DNA of 64,000 nt, taken from assembly GCA_012295275.1 (NCBI GenBank), contig CM022676.1, positions 62,001 to 126,000 of the forward strand, in the 5' to 3' direction. Below are positions 53,706 through 64,000 of the stretch, piece by piece (the stretch's first letter is position 1; each line of letters starts with the position of its first letter). The notes beneath the pieces were generated by a model. That model was not told the DNA's origin and did not search any database. It was given only the letters and a program-made list of their open reading frames with translations. The stretch comes from Chrysomallon squamiferum (lineage: Eukaryota; Animalia; Mollusca). The position numbers and the translations under genes were made by a program.

Positions 53706-53818
53706 CTATTAAAATGTTGTGAAGTATATTCATACCAAATTGTAATCGTGAACAGAGACAAAGGTAAAGCATATTTCTGAAAATTAAATAGGTTTACCTT
53801 TGTTTACCGAGAACGTCA

Positions 53819-53849
<31 letters not shown>

Positions 53850-54368
53850 GAGATACAACTAGTAGAAATAAAATAAATAAATAATAATATAATATAATAT
53901 TGTATAATCTAATGTAATGTCATAATAACAACAACAATGATAGTGTGTTCTCGTGTCTTCTTACAGACAGTCACAATTTTTCAGAATCTATGCATAGTTT
54001 TAGTTATTTCACACCCGCGTCTACATCTGTAACTGTATACGTAGAATTTAAAAACTCTCACAGAAAATAGTTAATTACTGCTACGCGACAGCTAGATATT
54101 TGCCAGTAGTTTATCACAAACTGGGTATGGAAATACTTTGCTGAATCACTCAAACTTCTCGCTCTGCTGGACGTCAACAAACACTATCAAACATTGACTA
54201 AGATACAGAGTACAGTGGGGCAACTCACACTTAACAGGAATGTATCCTTCCACTGAAGAAAATTACAGCGTATAACAAACATTATAACATAGAGATAATC
54301 AAGAAAATACAAACACGCTTAAGGGTAAACAAATTCCACACTTACAAAACTTAAAAAAAGATATATAA

Positions 54369-54415
<47 letters not shown>

Positions 54416-54599
54416 TAATAAAGTTATAATATAGGTACTTCATATAAATATAATCTTTTAAAACTGTTATTATTGTTAAACTGTTTTCAAATGAGAAATT
54501 TTTGCTTGAAGTAATTGTATATCAGCAGCAAGTATCACAACAACAACAATATTTTAAAACTGAAGAAGCAGTAATAAATACGTCATATAATTATACTCT

Positions 54600-55316
54600 A
54601 TTAAAGCTGTTTCATTATCGATGAACTCTTTATAAAAACGAGAACTTCCTGTTTGAAGTAGTTTTGTTTTTCGACGCAATTTCTCAATAACAAACAAAAA
54701 ATCCTCTGCTCGTGAATACGTGACTGAAGTCATATAGTGCACGGTTTTTCGCTTCTTCGGTTCTTAGGTGTCACTTCATAGATTATAACAAAAATATGTC
54801 TGAAGTCCATTCAATGGCAAAGTCAGCCCCCAGAAGAAAAAAAAATAACGATCTTCTTTTTTAGCCGTATTCTACCGGCGTGCATTTCTGTATTATTTAA
54901 TCTCTAAAAGTGTGAAAACGGACATTTTGTGGTCAGCATATCCATTTTAAGTGCATTTTACTCCTAAACTCCAAATAGTATATCTTGTGTTATAGGTAAC
55001 ATCTTGAACTTTAATTTTCACTTAAGGCCATTTCAAGGTAAAACAAAAGGTGAAAATGCTGCATTTGGGATCCTCACCAAATTGTTTCCAATAAAACAAA
55101 GTGGTAGTTTTGCCCATTTCTGACCAAAACGTTATAATTCCTGAGCCAGTAATATTAAGCTAGTTATACAAATACCATCCAACATATGTAATTCCAGCTG
55201 TGAATCTTTTGTCAGTGCAGACTTAAACATTATTCAACTGACGATTCTCATATTTCCATGCTTCACAGATTCCCAATTTTAAATGAAATGAACAATAACG
55301 CACATGACGTGTTCAT
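54600..55316 (-). pseudogene. Decayed intronless gene for a putative secreted protein, family unrecognised (copy 1)
   Basis: With one frameshift: MNTSCALLFISFK/LGICEAWKYENRQLNNV*VCTDKRFTAGITYVGWYLYN*...DPKCSIFTFCFTLKWP*VKIKVQDVTY... The paralog at ~60845-61590 preserves the same frame in the shared block. Confidence 0.4.
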
Positions 55317-55419
55317 TAAATTCAGTGTAACAGATATTCTTGCAGTTTTGCTATGATTTGTTTTTTAAAACAAATATAATAGTCGGTTTCAAAGAACTAA
55401 ATGTACCTGATTACCTTCA

Positions 55420-55640
55420 TTATTGTTGTTATTATTACTATTATTATTATCATCATCATCGTCATCATCATCATCATCATCGATGTTGTTATTAGTATTA
55501 TGACTATTATTATTATCATCATCACCATTATTGTTATTGTTATTATTAATATAATTATTATTGTTGTTGGTGTTGTTGTTGGTGTTATTGTTATTATAAT
55601 TGTTGTTGTTGTTGATGACGTTGTTGTTGTTGTTATTGAA
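55420..55640. repeat. Compound (ATT)/(ATC)/(GTT) trinucleotide tract
   Basis: Visible directly. Confidence 0.9.
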
Positions 55641-56804
55641 TAGTTGCTATTAGTTCGGTAGACTACTAGATTTAATCCAGAACTTACTGTGTGTGCATAT
55701 TAATTAATTTATTATTACTATTGGATATATCACTCCTAATAACTATATACCATAAAAATAGTATGACATACCTGAAATGACTGTAGGCATAACAATATAA
55801 ATCCATACATATGGAAAATATGACATGTCTTTATCAAAAACTGAATAGATCAGTCTGTCTCCATCAAACGCAACTAGTTTAATTCAGATCCTCCTTCCTA
55901 GCTTTATGTACATTGCACGTTGACTGATGCAGTTAAGTTGGTAACCGCACACCTGTTTGCTCTTAGTAACTGAAATGGAACATATGACACAGATGAACAA
56001 AAAAGTATTGTTATCAAGAGCAGTGAAGAAAACCTCTCTTTGTATAGTCTGTCTACCTGCCTTTCTATATATCTTGATCTCTACATCTATCTATCTCTAT
56101 TTATTTGTTCAGAATCATTTGGCATTATGTATATTTCAGATACGTAGATACCTGTGTGAAAGTGTCTAAATGTAATTGCACGAGTTTGTACGAGTCTGTG
56201 CGAGTGTGCGTGTGTGTGCGTGTGTGTGTCTAATTATGAGATTTGTATATGTGTGTGTTTAGCTATTCTGTTCTGAACTTCTATACTGATTGAGTTAATT
56301 TTGAATAAATATCTTTAGTGTCTTGAATATTGTACAGAGAAATAATTAGTTTGTAACTATCGCAGAATCACATTATAAGAGATTTATCAACACAGGCGCG
56401 TTCTGAAACTGTTATCAACATGCATTAACCATTAAACAGTTACTGAATTCCATTTTAGTATAATCCTATCTGTTCAGTTTAGTACTTAAAAGTTTCGATG
56501 ATGATTCTATATATAGATATGACTACTGTAGATTAACGTTAATTATTTGCAGCTTCGTCGTTTTCTTGTTTTATATTTCAGAACATTGTGGCAAGATAAT
56601 TTTAAAATATTGGTTTCATTTTTCAAATACATCATAGTGCTCCGACGATATTCACATGACGAGTATAAATTTAAAGGGAAGAAATGAGCGTTCTTTTTTT
56701 TCTTTTTTTTATGTAGGTCACATAAAAATGCTGTGTCACTGATACACGGTACACACAAAAGTATATCTGGCTGTTATTTACCATGATCTGAAAAGTGTGT
56801 TTGG

Positions 56805-57345
56805 CTACCGCACACCTGTTTCAAAGCTTTTAGTAGATAAAATGGATTGTATGACATATATGAAAGAAAACGTACTGTTAGGAATAGTGAAGAAAACGAT
56901 TCATTGTGGTAGTATTTCTCTATTTATCTTTAGCTATATCTAGCTAAATGTCTGTTTGTGTATTCAAAACACATTACGTATCCTTCAAAAACGCAAGCTA
57001 AAATGTCCGTAGATACTTGTGTAAGTGTCTAAATCTGATTGCAGAGAGTGTGTGTATGTGTGTGTGGTTGTGGCTAATTTTGTCAACAATGATTTGTATA
57101 TGTGTATGTTTAGTTACAAATATTTTGTACTGAACTTCTATACTGATTCAGTTAATTTTAATAAATTCGACAGCGAATAAATACCTTAGTTCCTTGCATA
57201 TTGTAATAATTCGTTTCTAACTATCGCAGAATCCTATTGTTAGTGATTTATCAACACAGGCACATTCTGAAGCTGTTATCGACATGCATTAACAATTAAA
57301 CAATTAATGAATTTATGATAGTATAATCTGCTCAGTTATAATGAA
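56805..57345. repeat. Local diverged direct duplicate of ~55943-56480
   Basis: ACCGCACACCTGTTT, AGTGAAGAAAAC, CTGAACTTCTATACTGATT, TAACTATCGCAGAATC, GATTTATCAACACAGGC and GTTATCnACATGCATTAAC occur in both, in order, at an offset of about 850. Confidence 0.88.
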
Positions 57346-60109
57346 AATATATCTTGCCAAATGATTATTATAATTATGAATGGATGTGAAATGTATCTAA
57401 AAATTATTCATCGCTACAATATAGTTGTGAATGTTTCAAGTTTTTATTTAAAAAAAAAAACACCGTCTTATCTGTCTTCTATCAAGGTGACGTGTTTCAT
57501 GTGCAGTGGTCTGTGTTGTTATGTCAGTGGTAAAGCGCTCGTTACAGTTTGACTGCTACTAATAGAAATATTACAGGTGGTGTGTGACTCCGGGATACCT
57601 GTTCATTATCTTTGTGCTAAAATTCTTCACTTCTCTCTTAGTCATGGGATTTTACACACCATTATTAAGTATCCTCTTTGTTCATTTCCTTGACTATTTT
57701 GAAGAGAAATTAATTCCGCTCCAAGCGGCATCATCTTCAAGAACAGAATTAATGACTGGTTTTCGTACAGTATGACATTTAACTCTTTCCTAGAGAGGTA
57801 AAGATAATTCACGATGAGAATTACGAATATGGAATTAATAATTATACACCAGTCAACCCGTGATCTCTAAACTTAAGTCATCAAATCCCATGCATTAAAA
57901 TGCTTTTGCCATCACAGCAGTTCACCCTATATTACTTCGTTTATGTCACAGGAATAAAAGTAACTTGAGTCACACATAATTATATATCCGTATTTTACTT
58001 ATACTTGGTTTCCAGTCTGAATTATGAGTGGTATACAAATTTCACCTTTAACCAAACGGCAAACGTTTATTTGTACAACTAAGGATTTCATATAATTTTG
58101 AAATAAGGTATAAGGTCCCTGTTATTTTGATGTAACATCCTTCATGCACATATTTCTGATTACCCATCAAGCCACATATATCCCTGGTTTATTTTCTCTC
58201 TAAGACTAAATAGATTTGGTCATTGTCAATCTCTTACACAGGGCCTAGTTTTTGTAGTACCCCGCTAGCAATCAGGGCAGTTGTAATTAAATCGAACCGG
58301 TCGGAATCCTGGTACCATGGAATTGTCCTAATGGTGGATCAGCCAAAATGAAAAAAAAAAAAAACAATTTCCAAGTATGAATACTACATTTATTTATTTA
58401 TTTAGGTAAAATCATAAATGTTCACATACAGACATACACACATATACATTCACACATAAAAACAAATATACATATACACATTTAAAAACATAAACACACA
58501 TACACATAAGCACATACATACCAGTTGATCGACGTAAATCAGTCTCTTAGAATAGTCTGTCTTGCTCTAACCTACAGTAACAGTAGATCCTGTTTAAGGT
58601 TTGATCCTCGTAAATAACACTGGGTATACTTTACTGTAGCTCATGTATCAGTGACACGCGCTTTGTATCTGACCTACATAACAAACAAACCGACACTTTA
58701 CAAACGTTTAGTTTTACATGCTGACGAGTTTCATCACAAAACAAGGACCAGTATACTGAAATATTGGACGGGAGGGGGGTGGACATTTAAAAATATCTTT
58801 AAGTAAGCTGTAATTTTTAACTGTAATTGTTAACAAGAAAACAAGAAGGTTAAATGAAATTAATCCGTATTAATATATAACCTTTAATATTATCTTATCT
58901 ACATTCATTCATATTTTATTTTTAATAAACACTCCTACCATTATATAGTTTGCATTTGTGTTGTTAAATGCGAGAAAGGGTATACCAGACAAATCCAAAT
59001 ATATTTTCATAGTGGGGACAAACGCCTCGCTTGGACATGCCATAAGCAGATTAAAATAAAATATATTTAACTATAGCAACCAAAGTTATAAAGCCAAAGT
59101 CGTCAAGTTACCATCTATCCAATCTAACAGCAGACATATAATTAATTAAAATACCTAAATACATTAATACGTAAAGTTATGAGCCGGCTCCAATTAATGG
59201 GTATGCGTCTATTAAGGACCGCTGTAGACAAAAGATGTCTTATCCGGAGTAAATTGATTACGGCAATAATACTGACAACTATTATAATCCTAAACGCATT
59301 AATACGTAACAATATGAGCCGAGTGCTATAAAATAACGCACAGACCAGTGTCCAGTGCGACGGACACGCCCGCTGACCTCTCATAAATCGTGCCCGTCGT
59401 AGATGTGCTTCACAACAACTTGCTCTGATTAGCACGTTCATGTTTTTACTTCACTTCACAGTGTCCAGTTACAATGCACTTGGCTGACCAGCAATAAACA
59501 CTTCGGAAATCGGCTAATCTCTCTTTCATTTTTATATTCAGATAAATAACTTTAAACTATATTTGTTATAAAATGCAATTTATTACATGTCGTTGGCGCC
59601 ACAGGAACACGCGTAATATGTACTAATATTACAAATTGTTATTAACTACATGTACAATAGTAAACGCAGTATGCATTGAAACATTATATACACAATTTAA
59701 CTAATGCAGTTATTTACTGTTACCTGTGTATACAGCAATTATGCATACTTAATATATATGTATGAATTAATTTTATGTAGACCTCATATATTGTTACAAC
59801 ATGTATATAATATGTATTCTGTGTAAAAAGGACAACGCACTTGGCTAAACACTTCGGAACTCGGCTCATCTCTCTTTCATTTTTGTGTTTAGACTGGACA
59901 CCATTGCTCCCAGACTGCATTCCCCAAAGTATTTATGTAGTAAATAATAATAACCAAGGACAAAATATAAACACGGTCATAATAACTTGTTTATTATCAA
60001 AATATGTTTACACGTTTATGTCGAATTTTCGTTTATGTAACATATCGTCTAAAACTGATACAAATTTTCATTGATAACCGAGATAGCTATTTATATATTT
60101 TTTTAAATA

Positions 60110-60120
60110 TAAATAAATAA

Positions 60121-60185
<65 letters not shown>

Positions 60186-60300
60186 TAGTAATAGTAACAG
60201 TAATAATATTAATAATAATAATAATAATAATAGTAATAATAGTAATAATAATAGTAATAATAATAATAATACTATAAATAATAACAACAGCAATAATTAT
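60110..60300. repeat. (AAT)n microsatellite with AGT interruptions
   Basis: Visible directly. Confidence 0.93.
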
Positions 60301-60319
60301 GTATTCGTTAATTCTTGTA

Positions 60320-63300
60320 AACAGTCATGATTGTTCAGAATACAAAGCATAGTTTTAGTTATTTCACACCGGCAGTTTCGTGTAAAGCTGTATAAGTACA
60401 ATTTAACAACTCTCAGAGAAAGTAATTATACTGTGTCTGAAAATTGTTTTTAAAATGTTCTGTCGGCTGTGAACTGTTTACGTATTGATGGCTAGGTTTC
60501 GATTAGTATGTAGATGAAATTCTAATAATTGAATGTTTCTTATTTAGGTCAGGAAACGACTTTCTGACAATACCGACAACATCAACAACAACGATAAGAA
60601 TAATAATAAGCAAAAGAAAGAAAACCAACGAAAAGAAACAGAAGAAAATATAATAATATCTGTACGTCATATAATTATAATTCCTTAAAACTGATATTAT
60701 TATTAATTATTTTCAGATGATAAATATATGTTATATCAACAGTAACAACAACAGCAAAAAACAACAACAACAACAAAATAACAATATTAGAGATAACAAA
60801 AACGCTTCAACAACAACACTAATAGTAACATAGATATATAATCCCATAAAGCTGTTTCGTTATTGTTGAACTCTTTCGAAATGACAACTTCCTTCTTGAA
60901 GTATTTTTGTGTATCAGTGTAATTTCTCTTGTTACTAAAAATCATTTACTTGTGAAAACGTGACTGAAGTCATATATGTTACAAGTCACGTTTCTTCTGT
61001 TCTTATGTGTCACTTCCTAGCGGTGAAAGTCAAATAAAAATTTAAAAGAAAACGTGATATTCGTTACTGGAATACTGATATTTCTTTCTTTATTTTCTTT
61101 TTTCTTTTTCATGGTGGAGCAGTTCAATACGTACAGTCATAAACCAGTAAGAACGATACAACTACAGGACCAGATGTGATAATCTCAACAATAAACAATA
61201 AATATTTCAAATTATAATAAAACATTGCTCAGATGCATTCCGAGTTAAATTCCACACACACACACACACCAAAAAATTAAACTTGACAGTCTTAGATTTT
61301 ACATAACATTTTCTAGTCAGCGGGTTTACCATATGCTGTAGGTAACATCCTGGAATTTAATTTTCAGTTCAGGTCATTTGAAGGTCGCATGGGTCACAAA
61401 GTCAAATTCATGATTGAAACAAAGAGTGAAAATGTTACAAAATTGTGTTGCACCTAGTAAAGATATTGATCAAATTAGTTTTCCAGTGGAATAATTTTTT
61501 AAGAATCGACCCAAGAAAATATCATGGTCTGATACAGCACATCAGAACAATATCATGAACAATAACACACAAATATGACGTTGTTAATAGATTCAAACGA
61601 GAAGATATTATTGGAATTTTGCTACGATTTGTTCTTTTAAAAGAAATGAAATAATCGGTTGACTCTTAGATTTAATCGTATTATTTACTATTGTCATTAT
61701 TATTCAGTATTTCATTCTTAATAACTATATATATATATATAGAAAGAAAGAAAGACATTTCGTTTTTAAAAACTGAAAGGACCTGTCTGTTTCTGTCAAG
61801 CACAACTATTTTAATTTAGATCCTGATCCTTATTTTCATATACATAGCACACTGACTGACGCTATTTATTTTGTAACCGCACTCAGGTTTCAAAGAGTTG
61901 TTGTTAGCTGGTGGTACGGAACGTATGACATAGATAAAGAAACAATATTAAGAATAGCGAAGAAAACCTATCTATCTCTCTGTCGTCTATCTATATACCT
62001 CTCTTTATGTGTGTGTGTTTAAGTGTGATTGTGTGTGTCACGGGGATTCCATTCAGCTGTAAATACTGTCTCTGGCAGATTACTACTTGAGTTGGCTTCG
62101 CTCTCCAGTGGTATCCGATATAGGATCTATGTATAAAGTAGCACGTTTCTGTCCACAAAATAAACAAGAAAAAAAGAAAAAAAAAACGCAAGACACTTTT
62201 AAAACTGTATTAGAACAAGCGCCGAACATTCAGTATAGCAGTACCAGAATAATGGTAATTTGTCAGTACAAATAGTAGCTTACCCACGTTTTCAGTGCGT
62301 TCAGTGGACAGGGACCGTTCCCCTGGAATCGTTCCACAGTTCTTCCTTTACAAAAATCAACAATAACAATAACAAACACACAAACTCAGTTTTTTTATTT
62401 ATTTAAAAAGAAAAGGGAATGGCGTTATTTGTCAATGCGGTTCGAACCTTACCGCTAGACGTATGGTGACAGATCATTCTGCGAAACGAAAGCCAGAGGC
62501 GGTAATTAATCCCGCTTGTCACGACACGACTCTCACCTTTCATACCCCTTACCCAAGGAATGTCTGCGGATTCGGGACACGGATTCATATATTCATTCGT
62601 GTGTTTAGTTACAGCTGTTCTGGTATGAACTTCTATACATTTATATTTTGATAAATTCTTCAGGCAATTCAGAATTGGTGAAATAAATATCTTTAGTGTC
62701 TTCAATATAATACAGAAAAATAATTGATTGATCAAGTATAAAATAAAAATCATATTATTAACGATATTTATTAGAATAATACTAAGGGTGTCTACAAAAC
62801 GCAACCATTTATCAATATGGGCGAGTCTGAATCTTAACTATTAAACAGTTAATGAATATGAATTTTAATATAATCCTGTCCCTTATCGCTTCATAGTTTT
62901 AATGAAAAAATATTTTGTAGTGTGAATCTCTAAGTAAAGAACAGTTTTTACTTTTGTCTTAGTCGTTCAACATTTTTCACACAAAAAGTAAGTTTCACTA
63001 GTTACCACTATATGACAGATACAGAATCGTCACATTTTACCTATAATTCTTTTTTGTTCATTTCCTTGACTATTTCCAAAACAAATTAATTCCAATTCAA
63101 AAAGAAACATCTTCAAGAAAGAAGTTAATGACTCATGTGTTGTACAGTCTGATATTTAACTATTTTCTAAAGAACTGATTCATGATGGGAATTACCAAGG
63201 TAAAGCTATAACCATACACCGATAAATTCTAGGTGACTTCGGGATGATTTTCAATATCTGTGATCATGATCTTTATCATCAGTCAGTTCACCACATACTA

Positions 63301-63610
63301 TTTCTTACACAGAAACAACTTCATTTTATGTCAGCGTACACAATGAAGCATCCGTCCTTAATTTTAATATATTTTATTATATATTCTGTTGTCCGTGCAT
63401 CTGAATTATGCTATAATGTATGCAGTTGGTTTAAATTAGCTGTGCGGTCACAAAATACTTCTATTATTTGTTTAAGTCTGTATGCCTGTCAGTTTATGGA
63501 TTGTCATAGAGTTTGATCTAGAATGAGATATAAAATATTTTGAACGAATTCATTTTTGATATGTCTGAACTGATATAGTTGACCTCACAGGATGAGGCAT
63601 ATTTGATGTT
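60320..63610. repeat. Old segmental duplication, copy 2
   Basis: Same collinear blocks as 53960-58130, in the same orientation, with indels. Confidence 0.88.
60845..61590 (-). pseudogene. Decayed paralog of 54600-55316 (copy 2)
   Basis: CNIFTLCFNHEFDFVTHATFK*PELKIKFQDVTY and RNYTDTQKYFKKEVVISKEFNNNETAL align with copy 1, with a 30-nt in-frame indel and several third-position synonymous differences. Confidence 0.38.
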
Positions 63611-64000
63611 ATTAATTAAGAAACGCAATCCATTTATCACTACAATTTATTTAATAGTCTGGGTAATATATAAACAAAATATTTAACACAAATTTATAAG
63701 TGCAGTAATTTACAACATAGTCGTTCTAAAAAAAACATTGTCTCGTTATCTTTTCTCCCATCTGACACATAACCGTAATACAAAGCGTGTCTGTTAAATC
63801 GGCGTCTGAACTCTAATCCACTTTGTCCTGACACTCGCTAATAAAGAATACGTTTTACAGTCGTTTTATGTGTATGCCAAACAGCTGACGGCAAGTGCGT
63901 GTGTCTCTGCTGTGTGTGTGCGTGTGTGCGCGTGTGTGTGTTTGTGAGTGTACCTACAGAGTGTGATATACACATACATATTGATTTAGAAATGTAACAA

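Larger units (their letters stand above)
53960..58130. repeat. Old segmental duplication, copy 1 (copy 2 at ~60320-63610)
   Basis: Collinear shared blocks: GCATAGTTTTAGTTATTTCACACC (53992/60347), AAAGCTGTTTC..CGTGACTGAAGTCATATA (54603-54736/60848-60976), TAGGTAACATC (54993/61339), GTAACCGCAC (55941/61873), GAACTTCTATAC (56275/62627), TTTGTTCATTTCCTTGACTATTT (57677/63053). Confidence 0.88.

Noticed and set aside
58715-58750. Hammerhead-ribozyme-like CTGACGAG...CAAAAC
   Set aside because: The required GAAA core reads AAAA, no convincing flanking stems were found, and the core is not conserved in the related copy near 51690.
44487-60293. Poly-L/V/I ORFs (44487, 47631, 51337, 51792, 55401, 60087)
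   Set aside because: Translations of (AAT)/(AAC)/(ATC) microsatellites.
62420-62500. tRNA gene around GGTTCGAACC
   Set aside because: No cloverleaf or acceptor stem could be built. Only a B-box-like word is present.

Overview
AT-rich eukaryotic (animal, probably invertebrate) genomic DNA in three contigs joined by two 200-N gaps (14052-14251, 41400-41599). Contig 1 (1-14051) is a satellite array with a 220-bp unit (100+120 bp subunits). Contig 2 (14252-41399) is a related satellite with a 1116-bp higher-order unit of eleven 96/100/104-bp subunits (308+404+404). Every subunit length measured in the clean copies is a multiple of 4, pointing to an (AAGT)n microsatellite origin. Contig 2 starts with a leftover Oxford Nanopore adapter, so much of the A-rich 'degeneration' inside both arrays is probably consensus error. 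Contig 3 holds a minus-strand multi-SRCR (group A, DMBT1-like) gene with 5 domains, each split into a 145-nt exon and a 170-176-nt exon (149 nt in the deleted copy). It carries an in-frame stop, a broken acceptor, a Cys-to-Tyr change and a 27-bp deletion. Beyond it lie a 5'-truncated decayed LINE, many microsatellites and an old ~6-kb tandem duplication that appears to contain decayed single-exon secreted-protein genes of unrecognised family. No prokaryotic-type system, CRISPR array or RNA gene is supported. All coordinates and translations were read by eye.
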